This document shows positions 19,859-29,870 of a stretch of DNA of 41,778 nucleotides, piece after piece; the stretch's first letter is position 1; each line of letters opens with the position of its first letter. The stretch is from an uncultured Halothiobacillaceae bacterium. GTDB lineage: Bacteria; Pseudomonadota; Gammaproteobacteria; CAZROX01. Location of the stretch: the NCBI GenBank assembly GCA_964601845.1, contig CAZROX010000001.1, positions 1 to 41,778 of the forward strand. The letters run 5' to 3'. The position numbers and the translations under genes were made by a program. The notes below the pieces were generated by a model. The model made no database searches, had not been told where the DNA came from, and saw nothing but the letters and a program-made list of their open reading frames with translations.

Positions 19859-20848
19859 ATGACACAAGTCGCGCAAAAAAAGATGGATCAGATGTATCCA
19901 GATGATCTGGCATCTCTGATGCGCGACTCGATACTGACGCAATCCCAAGTCTTGTCCGACTGTGCACAGCCTGTGAGCCAGTCCTGCCTGAGTGCGCTGC
20001 AACTGCTGGCGCACTCGACACAATTGCTGCCTGTGATTGGCGTCGGCAAATCCGGCCATATCGCCCGCAAGATTGCCTCGACCTTCAGCTCGCTGGGTCG
20101 GGCGGCTGTTTTTATCCATGCCGCTGAGGCGAGTCACGGTGATTTAGGTCTGATGGAGACAGGTGGGGTCGCCCTAATCTTGTCCAACTCAGGTGAAACG
20201 ACCGAGCTGTCCGATGTGCTCTATTATTGTCGGGAGCACGCCATTAAAATTGTGGCCATTACAGCCAGTGCCACATCCACACTGGGTAAAAGTGCCGATG
20301 TTGTGATTGCCTATGGCTCGGTGCCAGAGGTGTGTCTCGATGGCTTGGTGCCGACCACATCGACCACCATCTCTCTGGTCATCGGCGATGCATTGGCGGT
20401 CGGCATGACGCAGCTTAGGGGCACGGCAGTAGAAGATTTTAGTCGCTATCACCCAGGTGGACGCTTGGGGTTGTCGATCGCCAAGGTGCACGAGCTGATG
20501 CGCACCGGCGATCAGTTGCCCATCGTCTCTCCCCAGACACCGATGTCTGAGGTCTTGCTGGTAATCTCTGAAAAATGTCTGGGTGTGGCGCTGGTGATCG
20601 ATGCCGACCAGCAGGTGATCGGCATCATTACAGATGGGGATATGCGGCGCAATATAGATCGGTTGTGGCAATCCTGTGCGGCGGATATTTGTTCGAGAGA
20701 TGTCATTAATATCTCGCCCGATCAGCGCGTCAGCGAGGTGGCCAAAATTATGTCGACCCACGGCATTACCGCCTGCGTGGTGCTCGATGAGGCCAAACAC
20801 CTGTTGGGCTTGCTGCACGTGCACGACTATCTGCGTCTCGCCTCTTGA
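19859..20848 (+). CDS. kdsD: arabinose-5-phosphate isomerase (KdsD/KpsF/GutQ family: SIS domain plus tandem CBS)
   Basis: SIS motif GVGKSGHIARKIASTF, then SNSGETTE, then two CBS repeats. The track start is GTG 19817; ATG 19859 gives the typical length of about 329 aa. Confidence 0.8.
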   Translation: MTQVAQKKMDQMYPDDLASLMRDSILTQSQVLSDCAQPVSQSCLSALQLLAHSTQLLPVIGVGKSGHIARKIASTFSSLGRAAVFIHAAEASHGDLGLMETGGVALILSNSGETTELSDVLYYCREHAIKIVAITASATSTLGKSADVVIAYGSVPEVCLDGLVPTTSTTISLVIGDALAVGMTQLRGTAVEDFSRYHPGGRLGLSIAKVHELMRTGDQLPIVSPQTPMSEVLLVISEKCLGVALVIDADQQVIGIITDGDMRRNIDRLWQSCAADICSRDVINISPDQRVSEVAKIMSTHGITACVVLDEAKHLLGLLHVHDYLRLAS

Positions 20849-21666
20849 GCATTGTCGTTTTTATACCGGCGCGCTACGCGTCATCTCGTTTTATCGGTAA
20901 GGCGTTGGCGCCCTTGTGTGGGCCGGATGGCAGCAAACCCTTAGTGCAGCGCACCTATGAGGTCGCGTTAAAACTGCAACAATCGGTCGCCGATATCAGC
21001 GCTGTCTATGTGTTGACAGATGATGCGCGGATCGAAAAGTGTGTGCACGAGTTTGGTGGCGATGTGATCCTAACCAGCGAGACCTGCGCCAATGGCACGG
21101 CGCGTTGCGCCGAGGCTTGCGATATCCTGTCCGACCCCAGCGTGCAGATGGTGGTCAACTTGCAAGGCGATGCACCCCTCACGCCGGTGGGATTTATGCA
21201 GCAGCTCATAGCGGCACTGCAGCAATCCCCCTCACTGTCTGTGGCCACGCCCATGATTCGCTGTGATCGGCAGACCTATGAGCGACTGGCACAGGATCGC
21301 CGAGCCGGGCGTGTCGGGGCGACGACGGTGGTGTGCGATCGCCACAGCCGTGCCCTGTATTTTTCCAAGCAGATCATTCCCTATGTCAGTGAGCAAACAC
21401 ATCGTGCAAGCACACCCTTGCCGATCTGGCATCATGTCGGTGTGTACGCTTATCGACCGGCGGCTCTGAGCGAGTATAGTAGCTGGGGTGTGGGCACACT
21501 CGAGGCTAACGAAGGCCTCGAACAGTTGCGCTTCCTTGAAAATCAGGTGCCTGTATTATGTGTCGAGGTGGCGCTCGAGCGCGAGAATCAGGTTTTTTGG
21601 GAGCTAAATAACCCCGAGGATGTTGCCTGCATTGAGGCGTCGCTGATGCATCATCATGTGGATTGA
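20845..21666 (+). CDS. kdsB: 3-deoxy-manno-octulosonate cytidylyltransferase-like (CMP-Kdo synthetase family)
   Basis: IPARYASSRF N-terminus, LQGDAPL (where E. coli has VQGDEPM), YFSK and GVYAYR are collinear with KdsB. The TTG start overlaps the kdsD stop (TTGA). 273 aa, slightly long, with an insertion after the P-loop region. Confidence 0.75.
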   Translation: MSIVVFIPARYASSRFIGKALAPLCGPDGSKPLVQRTYEVALKLQQSVADISAVYVLTDDARIEKCVHEFGGDVILTSETCANGTARCAEACDILSDPSVQMVVNLQGDAPLTPVGFMQQLIAALQQSPSLSVATPMIRCDRQTYERLAQDRRAGRVGATTVVCDRHSRALYFSKQIIPYVSEQTHRASTPLPIWHHVGVYAYRPAALSEYSSWGVGTLEANEGLEQLRFLENQVPVLCVEVALERENQVFWELNNPEDVACIEASLMHHHVD

Positions 21667-21677
21667 GGTGTGAGGCT

Positions 21678-23066
21678 ATGAATACTAGTCGATGCGATTT
21701 GATTGTAATTGGCAGCGGCCCCGGCGGGCGGCGGGCGGCCATTCAGGCGGCCAAGCTTGGCAAGCAAGTTGTGGTGGTCGAGGGCAGCGAACATATCGGT
21801 GGTGCCGCAGCCCACACCGGTACCACCCCGAGCAAAACCTTGCGCGCAACGGTGCTCAATCTTTCTGGATTGCGCGAGCGCGAGTTTTACGGGCGGGGTT
21901 ATCGGGCAAAAAAAGAGATCACCGCGCAGGATCTCTTGCGCCGACTACAGTTCACCATCACCCACGAGGTCGATGTGCTGGAGGATCAGTTTGCACGCAA
22001 TCAGGTGCAGGTGGCGCATGGATTTGCTCACTTTGTGGATGAGCACACCATTGAGGTGTCCAGCGAACACGAGGAGCCCGCACGCTATCAAAGCGATCGC
22101 ATTATCATCGCCACGGGCACCAAGCCCTACCGACCAGACAACGTCGCCTTTGATGGGAAGCGTATCATCGACAGCGATGATATCCCGCATATGGAGAGTC
22201 TGCCGCGCAGTTTGACCATTGTCGGCGGTGGTGTCGTGGGCGTTGAGTACGCCACGATTTTTGGCGCACTGGATATGCGCGTCTCTTTGGTGGATCGCCA
22301 TCGCGATATCATCACGTTTGTCGATCGCGAGATAGTGCAATACTTTTGCCATCAGATGCGCGATATGGGCATCTATCTGCAATTTGGCTCGAATGTACAG
22401 AGTGTGGCGATCGAGAACGGGCAGTGCATGACACGCCTATCTAACGGTTGTGGCATTCGCTCGGAGGTCGTGTTGTATGTGGCTGGACGTGTCGGCAATA
22501 CGGAGAGATTGCAGCTAGAAAATTGCGGATTGGATGCCGATGAGCGCGGCAAGATATCGGTCAATGAGCACTATCAAACCAGTGTGCCGCATATCTATGC
22601 GGTGGGTGATGTGATCGGCTTTCCGAGTCTGGCATCGACATCGTTAGAGCAGGGGCGCATCGCGGCCTGTCATGCGCTGAGCAGCAATCCGAATCTCAAA
22701 ATCCGGTATTTCCCGTACGGTATTTACTCGGTGCCGCAAATCTCGATGGTGGGCATGACCGAGGAGGAAGTGCAGGAGCGCAATATCCCCTACGAGTGTG
22801 GCAATGCCCTGTTTCGGGAGACATCACGTGGCCAGATCATGGGCAATCATGGCTTTTTAAAAGCCATTTTCTCACTCAAAACACGCCGGTTGCTCGGGGT
22901 GCATATCGTTGGCGAGGGTGCGACAGAGTTAATCCATATCGGCCAAGCTGTGATCAACTACAAGGGTAAGATCGATTATTTTGTAGAAAATGTCTTTAAC
23001 TATCCGACCTTGGCCGAGGCCTATAAGGTGGCCGCGCTCGATGCATGGAATCGAATGAATGTCTGA
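21678..23066 (+). CDS. sthA: soluble pyridine nucleotide transhydrogenase (Si-specific)
   Basis: Collinear with E. coli SthA: DLIVIGSGPGG, GTTPSKTL with no redox disulfide pair, VGDVIGFPSLAS, FNYPTLAEAYKVAALD. The track's TTG 21663 would overlap the kdsB stop; ATG 21678 matches homologues. Confidence 0.9.
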   Translation: MNTSRCDLIVIGSGPGGRRAAIQAAKLGKQVVVVEGSEHIGGAAAHTGTTPSKTLRATVLNLSGLREREFYGRGYRAKKEITAQDLLRRLQFTITHEVDVLEDQFARNQVQVAHGFAHFVDEHTIEVSSEHEEPARYQSDRIIIATGTKPYRPDNVAFDGKRIIDSDDIPHMESLPRSLTIVGGGVVGVEYATIFGALDMRVSLVDRHRDIITFVDREIVQYFCHQMRDMGIYLQFGSNVQSVAIENGQCMTRLSNGCGIRSEVVLYVAGRVGNTERLQLENCGLDADERGKISVNEHYQTSVPHIYAVGDVIGFPSLASTSLEQGRIAACHALSSNPNLKIRYFPYGIYSVPQISMVGMTEEEVQERNIPYECGNALFRETSRGQIMGNHGFLKAIFSLKTRRLLGVHIVGEGATELIHIGQAVINYKGKIDYFVENVFNYPTLAEAYKVAALDAWNRMNV

Positions 23067-23268
23067 TATTTCCCGTCACGCAAATCAGGTCGCGCCTGTG
23101 GCAGGGGCTATTGTTTAGATACGGGGTCGGCTATCGCGGGTACAACGATTTTGCTATGCACCTGCTGAAATAACGCGCAGACCCGGTTCGGTACCGGCTA
23201 ACGATTGTGCAACCCGGCCAAGTACATTATCATTTTACCGAAGTTTTTATACACGAACGAGAAATATC

Positions 23269-25116
23269 ATGCCTGTCTATCGATCCAAAACAACCACCCA
23301 TGGGCGCAATATGGCTGGCGCACGTGCACTCTGGCGTGCAACCGGCATGCAAGATGGCGATTTTGGCAAGCCGATTATCGCCATCGCCAATTCCTTTACC
23401 CAGTTTGTCCCCGGGCATGTGCACCTAAAGGACATGGGCCAGTTGGTGGCGCGCGAAGTGGAGCGCCACGGCGGTGTGGCCAAGGAGTTCAATACGATTG
23501 CAGTCGACGATGGGATCGCGATGGGGCACGATGGCATGCTCTACAGCCTGCCATCGCGCGAGCTGATTAGCGATGCCGTCGAGTACATGGCCAACGCCCA
23601 CTGCGCCGATGCGCTGGTCTGCATATCCAACTGCGACAAAATCACGCCCGGCATGCTCAATGCCGCTATGCGTCTCAATATCCCGGTGGTGTTTGTCTCC
23701 GGTGGGCCGATGGAGGCGGGTAAGGCCACGATTGGCGACAAGGTGATCAAGCTGGATCTCGTCGACCCGATGATCGGGGCGGCCAGCCCAGATATGTCCG
23801 ATGAAAATGTTTTGACCATGGAGCGCAGCGCTTGCCCCACCTGTGGCTCTTGCTCGGGCATGTTCACAGCAAACTCCATGAACTGCCTCGCCGAGGCGCT
23901 GGGGCTGGCGCTACCGGGCAATGGCTCGATGTTGGCCACCCATGCCGATCGCCGCGAGTTGTTTTTGCAGGCGGCCCGCACCATCGTTGCAATCACTAAG
24001 CGCTATTACGAGCAGGATGACGACTCGGTGCTGCCAAGGTCCATCGCCAATTTCAAGGCGTTTGAAAATGCCATGAGTCTGGATATCGCGATGGGTGGTT
24101 CGACCAATACCATTTTGCATCTCTTGGCGGCGGCCGAAGAGGGCGCCATCAATTTTTCATTGGACGATATCGACAGATTATCGCGTCGGGTGCCAAACCT
24201 GTGCAAGCTGGCCCCCTCCAGCAAGCTCTACCACATGGAGGATGTGCACCGCGCAGGGGGTGTAATGGGCATTTTGGGCGAGCTAGAGCGCGCTAACCTG
24301 CTGGATACCAGCGTGGCAATGGTACATGCACCGAGCTTAAAGGATGCCTTGAAACAGTGGGATATCATGGTGACAGAGGACCCGGCGGTGCATGAATTTT
24401 TCCGTGCCGGGCCAGGTGGCGTGCCAACCCAAACCGCTTTTTCGCAGGACAAGCGTTGGCAGAGCCTCGATCGTGATCGGGTCAATGGTTGTATTCACAG
24501 CGCTGAAAACGCCCACAGCCAAGAGGGCGGGCTCGCCGTGCTCTATGGCAATATTGCAGAGGATGGCTGCGTGGTGAAAACAGCGGGGGTCGATGAAAGT
24601 GTCTGGGTATTCTCTGGCCCGGCACGTATCATGGAAGGACAAGAGCTGGCAGTGCAGGCAATCCTCGATGGGGAGATCAAAGCCGGCGATGTGGTGCTGA
24701 TTCGCTACGAGGGCCCCAAGGGCGGCCCAGGGATGCAGGAGATGCTCTACCCGACCAGCTATCTCAAATCTATGGGACTCGGTCAGGCGTGTGCGCTGGT
24801 AACCGATGGACGCTTTTCTGGCGGCACCTCTGGGTTGTCGATTGGACATGTGTCACCTGAGGCGGCCGAGGGGGGCAACATCGCGCTGATACAAGAGGGC
24901 GATATCATTGAGATGAATATCCCCGAGCGCACCATCAATGTGAGGTTGAGCGATGAAGAGTTGGCCAAAAGACGCACGGCGATGCAAGCACTCGGCGACA
25001 AAGCTTGGAAACCTGCGGCGGTGCGCGAGCGCCAAGTCAGTCAAGCCTTGCGCGCCTATGCGGCCCTCACCACCTCGGCATCGCGTGGTGCTGTGCGGGA
25101 TATATCGCAGCTGTAA
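23269..25116 (+). CDS. ilvD: dihydroxy-acid dehydratase
   Basis: [26 protein letters not shown] start, CDKITPGM and TDGRFSGG motifs; 615 aa. Confidence 0.95.
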   Translation: MPVYRSKTTTHGRNMAGARALWRATGMQDGDFGKPIIAIANSFTQFVPGHVHLKDMGQLVAREVERHGGVAKEFNTIAVDDGIAMGHDGMLYSLPSRELISDAVEYMANAHCADALVCISNCDKITPGMLNAAMRLNIPVVFVSGGPMEAGKATIGDKVIKLDLVDPMIGAASPDMSDENVLTMERSACPTCGSCSGMFTANSMNCLAEALGLALPGNGSMLATHADRRELFLQAARTIVAITKRYYEQDDDSVLPRSIANFKAFENAMSLDIAMGGSTNTILHLLAAAEEGAINFSLDDIDRLSRRVPNLCKLAPSSKLYHMEDVHRAGGVMGILGELERANLLDTSVAMVHAPSLKDALKQWDIMVTEDPAVHEFFRAGPGGVPTQTAFSQDKRWQSLDRDRVNGCIHSAENAHSQEGGLAVLYGNIAEDGCVVKTAGVDESVWVFSGPARIMEGQELAVQAILDGEIKAGDVVLIRYEGPKGGPGMQEMLYPTSYLKSMGLGQACALVTDGRFSGGTSGLSIGHVSPEAAEGGNIALIQEGDIIEMNIPERTINVRLSDEELAKRRTAMQALGDKAWKPAAVRERQVSQALRAYAALTTSASRGAVRDISQL

Positions 25117-25122
25117 TCCTGC

Positions 25123-25150
25123 CAGCTGCGCCGCTCACCGGCGACAGCTG
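25123..25150. terminator. stem-loop between convergent ilvD and the DedA-reductase fusion gene
   Basis: CAGCTGCGCCG-ctcac-CGGCG(A)CAGCTG: 11 bp with one bulged A. No U-tract on either strand, so it is not a canonical intrinsic terminator. Confidence 0.35.
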
Positions 25151-25165
25151 CCATTGAGTAGCTGG

Positions 25166-27304
25166 CTATTTAATCCGCCATTTGTGATAGCGCTCCGCCC
25201 ATTGCAATACTTTCTGGGGCGCATTTGCCTGCCTGTGTCGGCCAGCTGCATACTTGTTGGCCTCCGACAGGGTCGGGTAGGGGTGGATGGTGCTCAGTAT
25301 TTTCCCTAAGCCTAGCTTGTGACGCATCGCGAAGGTGAACTCTGTTAGCAGGTCTCCCGCGTGCTTGCCCACAATGGTGGCACCCAGTATGCGATCCTTT
25401 TTGGGCACGGTGAGCACCTTGACAAAACCGGCGGTTGCGCTATCTGCTATGGCGCGATCCAGATCATCGAGCGGGTAGGTGGTGACCTCGTAGGCGATAT
25501 CCTGCATTTTGGCCTCTGCCTCGTTCAGGCCCACGCGCGCCACCTCAGGCTCTACAAAGGTGACGCTGGGTATCACCGAGTAATCGACGCGGAAGCGTTT
25601 AAACGTGCCAAACAGCGCATTGACCGTCGCGTACCAAGATTGATGTGAAGCTGTGTGGGTAAATTGATACGGCCCCGCAACATCTCCCGATGCATAGATG
25701 GTTGGTATGGATGTGCGCATGTGTTCATCCACTTTTACCGTGCCGCGTTCGGTGAGTTCCACCCCGAGCTCTTGAATGCCAAAGCCATCTACATTCGCCT
25801 TGCGCCCCAGTGCGATCAGCAGCTTGTCATACACCATCGATTTGCGTTCACCCTCGTACATGTACTCGATGACGTCTTCATCCCCCTGTTTGGAAAATCC
25901 AACGCAATCGGCACCGAGCAGGACATTGATGCCATCCTCCTTAAATTGTTTTAGCACTGCCTCGGACACCTCGCTGTCCTCTCGCTGCATGAGATTGGGC
26001 AATCTTTCAAATAGCGTCACCTCACTGCCCAAGCGGGCAAAGGCCTGCGCCATTTCGCAACCGATTGGGCCGCCGCCCATCACGGCAAAGCGCTTGGGTA
26101 GCTGTTTTAGCTCGCTCCAGAGTGTATCTGAGGTCAGGTAGCCACAGGTCTCAATCCCTGGAATAGGGGGCACAAGCGGAGAGGCACCCGAGGCGATAAT
26201 CAGGTTCGGCGCGCTGAGTGTCTTGCCATTCACCTCAACCGTGTAGGGCGATAAGATTTTGGCTTGCCCCGAGAGACACTCGACCCCTAGCTTGCTGTAG
26301 CGCTCAACCGAATCGTGTGGTTCGATATCGCGAATGACCTGCTGGACGCGCTCCATGATGTCGGCAAAATCAAAATCGGCCGTTGCCGACTTGATGCCAT
26401 AGCGTTTCGCGTGGGCGATATCATTGAGCAGTTGGCTCGAACGGATAATGGCTTTAGAGGGCACACAACCCGTGTTGAGGCAGTCGCCACCCATTTTGTG
26501 CCGCTCGATCAAGGTCACTTTGGCTTTGGTGACAGCGCCGATATAAGACGCCACTAGCCCAGCTGAGCCGCCCCCTATCACGATTAAATTGCGATCAAAC
26601 TTCTTCGGTTTTTTGTGAGCGCGCATCACTTTGTTGTTGTTAATCATGCGGATAATCCATCTGGCAATAATTGGGAAAATGCCTAACAAGGTTACAGAGA
26701 GAATTAAGCCGGGCGATAAAATTCCATCCAGTGAATCCACTTTTGCCAGCTCGGTACCCGCATTGACATAGACAGCTGTGCCGGCCAGCATGCCGATTTG
26801 GCTGACAAAAAAGAAGGTAATCGTGCGGATGTTAGTCAGCCCGCTGATGATATTGACTACAAAGAAAGGCACGACCGGGATCATGCGCAGTGTGAACAGG
26901 TAGAAAGGCCCATCTGCTTCCAGCCCTTTATTGATACGCGCCAACTCTTTGGGAAAGCGCTTGATGAGGCTGTCTCTAAACAGGTAGCGGCAAAACAAAA
27001 AGCATAGGGTGGCACCGGATACCGAGGCGAATGAGACCAGTACCGTGCCGAGCAACAGGCCAAAAATGGCGCCGCCCAGCAGGGTTAGCAGAGCCGCTAT
27101 GGGCAGTGAGAGTGCTGTTGCCGCTACGTAGAGTGCAAAATAGCCCCCGATAATATAAAGGGGGTGGTTGTGGTACAGCTCGTTGAGCGATTCGCGGTGC
27201 TCCTTGATGGAGTCCAGCGTCAAGTAGTCTAATAGTTGAAAGTGGTAGAGTAAAAACAGGGCTACAAGGACAACCACTATAGCCAAAATTTTTGTAATAG
27301 ACAT
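25166..27304 (-). CDS. fusion protein: N-terminal TVP38/TMEM64 (DedA-superfamily) membrane domain plus C-terminal class-I pyridine nucleotide-disulfide oxidoreductase (mercuric reductase / dihydrolipoamide dehydrogenase-like)
   Basis: Residues 1-225 (approx.) have 5-6 hydrophobic helices. These are followed by VIGGGSAGLVAS (FAD), the redox-active CLNTGCVPSK, VMGGGPIGCEMA (NAD(P)H) and a dimerisation-domain HPYPTLSE. No N-terminal HMA domain or C-terminal Cys pair typical of true MerA. Confidence 0.8.
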   Translation of the reverse strand: MSITKILAIVVVLVALFLLYHFQLLDYLTLDSIKEHRESLNELYHNHPLYIIGGYFALYVAATALSLPIAALLTLLGGAIFGLLLGTVLVSFASVSGATLCFLFCRYLFRDSLIKRFPKELARINKGLEADGPFYLFTLRMIPVVPFFVVNIISGLTNIRTITFFFVSQIGMLAGTAVYVNAGTELAKVDSLDGILSPGLILSVTLLGIFPIIARWIIRMINNNKVMRAHKKPKKFDRNLIVIGGGSAGLVASYIGAVTKAKVTLIERHKMGGDCLNTGCVPSKAIIRSSQLLNDIAHAKRYGIKSATADFDFADIMERVQQVIRDIEPHDSVERYSKLGVECLSGQAKILSPYTVEVNGKTLSAPNLIIASGASPLVPPIPGIETCGYLTSDTLWSELKQLPKRFAVMGGGPIGCEMAQAFARLGSEVTLFERLPNLMQREDSEVSEAVLKQFKEDGINVLLGADCVGFSKQGDEDVIEYMYEGERKSMVYDKLLIALGRKANVDGFGIQELGVELTERGTVKVDEHMRTSIPTIYASGDVAGPYQFTHTASHQSWYATVNALFGTFKRFRVDYSVIPSVTFVEPEVARVGLNEAEAKMQDIAYEVTTYPLDDLDRAIADSATAGFVKVLTVPKKDRILGATIVGKHAGDLLTEFTFAMRHKLGLGKILSTIHPYPTLSEANKYAAGRHRQANAPQKVLQWAERYHKWRIK

Positions 27305-27335
27305 AAGGGTAATTTACCGTTGGCTTACTGTAAGA

Positions 27336-27357
27336 GACACCCTCTGCAGGGGGTGTC
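27336..27357 (-). terminator. GC-rich hairpin downstream of recR
   Basis: GACACCC(TC)-tgca-(GG)GGGTGTC; the downstream U-tract is weak. Confidence 0.3.
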
Positions 27358-27424
27358 GGCAATCGCAGATAGGGATATCAGCGGGTTTTAGCTCACTAGG
27401 CTGTGGGCAATTATAACAGATCAA

Positions 27425-28018
27425 TCATAGCTCTATTCGCTCCGAGAAGGCGTGTGAGATGGTACTGCGATTGGTGAATTCCAACTCGCCACCCAAGGGC
27501 ACACCGTGGGCAATTCGCATGACACGCAGGCCGTGCTGCTTGGCAATTTGGCCGATGTACTGGGCGGTTGCCTCGCCCTCAAGTGTGGCATTGGTCGCAA
27601 TAATCATCTCGCGATAGGCACCGCTTTGCAATCGTTGATGCAAGAGATGCACCCCGAGTTGCTCGGGGCCGATGTTGTCGATTGGGGACAGATAGCCACC
27701 GAGCACAAAGTAGTGCCCACTGTAATTGATGGCACTTTCAATGACATGCACATCACTGGTGGACTCCACCAAGCAGATCTGACCATTTTGGCGCCGTTCA
27801 TCGGCGCAAATGGCGCAGAGGGTGTGCTCGCTGAGTGTACGGCACTGGCTGCAGTTGCCAATTTTCTGCATGGCAGCTGTGAGGGTTTCGGCCAACTTGG
27901 CACCCCCTGTGCGATCGCGGTTGAGCAGGTGATAGCTCATGCGCTGCGCGGAGCGTTGACCGACACCCGGCAGGCAGCAAAACCGTTTGATTAGCTCATC
28001 GAGCAGGGGGCTAGACAT
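27425..28018 (-). CDS. recR: recombination protein RecR
   Basis: HhH N-terminus (LPGVGQRSAQR), C4 zinc finger (CSQCRTL...CAICAD), Toprim segment (VESTSDVHVIE). Confidence 0.95.
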   Translation of the reverse strand: MSSPLLDELIKRFCCLPGVGQRSAQRMSYHLLNRDRTGGAKLAETLTAAMQKIGNCSQCRTLSEHTLCAICADERRQNGQICLVESTSDVHVIESAINYSGHYFVLGGYLSPIDNIGPEQLGVHLLHQRLQSGAYREMIIATNATLEGEATAQYIGQIAKQHGLRVMRIAHGVPLGGELEFTNRSTISHAFSERIEL

Positions 28019-28038
28019 GGATTTTTGGCACCATCTAC

Positions 28039-29694
28039 TCAGGATTCTTCATCGTGCAGGGCAATACTTTTTTTGTCGATTGTGGCATCAAACTGCTGCT
28101 GTAGGCCCTGCACCATGGGGTCTTTTAGCATGGTTTGCTGGAATTGTTCACTTGCCTCCTGGGCGCGTGTGCGGTTGCGCGCATGGGGCGTCTGCTCGCT
28201 GGATCGGGCTGTCTCAAGGCGCACTTCGATCGGCTGTTGGTACAGACTGGTTAGGGCTTGTGTCAGCTTGTCGCGCAGCACTGCCATATCGCATGGCGTG
28301 TTCTCTTGCATCGTCAACTCGATGTGCTGCGCCCCTGTTGCGCGCAGGGCGCAGTGTGCGGCATAGCTGCCGTACATGCCATCGATGGCCAGCCGTTGCA
28401 CGATGTGATCCCAATCCTGTGCCTGCCATTGGTCGATCGGCTTGAGGGGCGTGGTATCGGTGCGCCCTTTCGTTGCGTGTGTGCTGTTGGGCGGCTCGGA
28501 GGTGGCGTTGGTAGATTTTTGTGTTGGTTCAGCGGCAACTGGGCGCTGTAATGGTGGATTGGATGTTGGTTTGCGCGCGGTTGGGGGGGCGCTATCTACG
28601 TCATCTGGCTCGGGTGGTGTAAAGGCGATCATGCGCAAAAAAGTCATCTCTAGCGCGTCGCGTTCATCGTGGGTATAGGGCAGATCGCGCCGACTACACA
28701 GGGCAATTTGATAGAACAGCTGGATGTCTTCAGCGGGCATCTGTCGGGCAAATTGCTGGATGCGCTCCGAGTTGAAAATGCTCTCGCGCTCAATCCCAGG
28801 CACTGCCTTGGCAGTGGCGACCTGGTGCAGTAGGGCCAGTAGGTCCAACAGCACCTGTGTATAGTCCGGTGTGTACTCGTGCAGTTTTGCTAGCTGCTGC
28901 ACCATGGTTTCGGCATTGCGGTCGATCACGCTGTCGATCAGCCCATAGAGGGTTTCGTGTGGCACATAGCCCAGCATGGTTTCGATATGCTTGAGCTGCA
29001 GGGTGCCATCGTCGTAACTCAATGCCTGGTCGAGCAGGCTCAGGGCATCGCGGACACTGCCCTCTGCCAGTTGTGCGATGCGCCGCAGCACCGCCCCCTC
29101 GGCATCGCGCGACTCCGCCTGCACGATGTGACTCAGATGCGCTGTCAGGGGCACGAGCGGCACGCGCTTGAGCGTAAATTGCAAACAACGCGACAGCACG
29201 GTTGGCAAGAGTTTTTGCGGGTCTGTGGTGGCAAATAGAAATTTGACGTGCTCTGGTGGTTCTTCGAGGGTTTTGAGGAGCGCGTTAAAGCTCGACTTGC
29301 TGAACATGTGCACCTCGTCGATCAGGTAGATCTTGTAGCGACCGACGCTCGGTGGGTACTGCACCTGCTCCATCAGGGCGCGGGTGTCATCCACGCCGGT
29401 GCGCGAGGCGGCATCGACCTCGATCAAGTCGATATAATTGCCCTGCGCGATGCCGTTGCAGGCATTGCACTGCCCACAGGGTGTGGCACTGATACCGGCC
29501 TCACAATTGAGACTTTTAGCTAGAATACGTGCAATGGTGGTTTTGCCGACACCACGTGTGCCACAGAACAGATAGGCGTGATGGAGTTTGTTTTGATTGA
29601 GCGCATTGCTCAGCGGGCGCACAACGTGATCCTGGCCGACTATTTCGGAGAAATTTTTGGGACGCCATTTGCGGGCGAGCACGCGGTAGGACAT
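28039..29694 (-). CDS. dnaX: DNA polymerase III subunit gamma/tau
   Basis: Walker A GTRGVGKTT, zinc module CGQCNACNGI, Walker B IDEVHM, a Pro-rich linker and a tau-type C-terminal domain. Confidence 0.95.
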   Translation of the reverse strand: MSYRVLARKWRPKNFSEIVGQDHVVRPLSNALNQNKLHHAYLFCGTRGVGKTTIARILAKSLNCEAGISATPCGQCNACNGIAQGNYIDLIEVDAASRTGVDDTRALMEQVQYPPSVGRYKIYLIDEVHMFSKSSFNALLKTLEEPPEHVKFLFATTDPQKLLPTVLSRCLQFTLKRVPLVPLTAHLSHIVQAESRDAEGAVLRRIAQLAEGSVRDALSLLDQALSYDDGTLQLKHIETMLGYVPHETLYGLIDSVIDRNAETMVQQLAKLHEYTPDYTQVLLDLLALLHQVATAKAVPGIERESIFNSERIQQFARQMPAEDIQLFYQIALCSRRDLPYTHDERDALEMTFLRMIAFTPPEPDDVDSAPPTARKPTSNPPLQRPVAAEPTQKSTNATSEPPNSTHATKGRTDTTPLKPIDQWQAQDWDHIVQRLAIDGMYGSYAAHCALRATGAQHIELTMQENTPCDMAVLRDKLTQALTSLYQQPIEVRLETARSSEQTPHARNRTRAQEASEQFQQTMLKDPMVQGLQQQFDATIDKKSIALHDEES

Positions 29695-29870
29695 AACGCT
29701 CAGTTTCGAATCGGAAAGACAGTATGCTTATTGTAGCTATTTTTGCATGGGCCAGCGGCCGCGTTTTGCCCCGACCCTGTGTATCGGTTCGAGCTGCTAT
29801 GCTGGTGTCGGGGTCGGATCATGTACACGCTGCCTAGTGGGCGATTTGTGAAATATTTTGAGATAACTCA

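Noticed and set aside
28039-29694. Programmed -1 frameshift site for a gamma subunit in dnaX.
   Set aside because: No A-AAA-AAG heptamer with a downstream hairpin in the central region. The only A-run sits 8 codons before the natural stop and would have no functional consequence.
29695-29870. Possible SRP (4.5S/ffs) RNA gene upstream of dnaX, as found in several bacterial lineages.
   Set aside because: Neither strand contains the conserved domain IV core (GGAAG-CAGCC-like 5' side and its 3' partner). Only a 7-bp stem with a roughly 33-nt loop is present.
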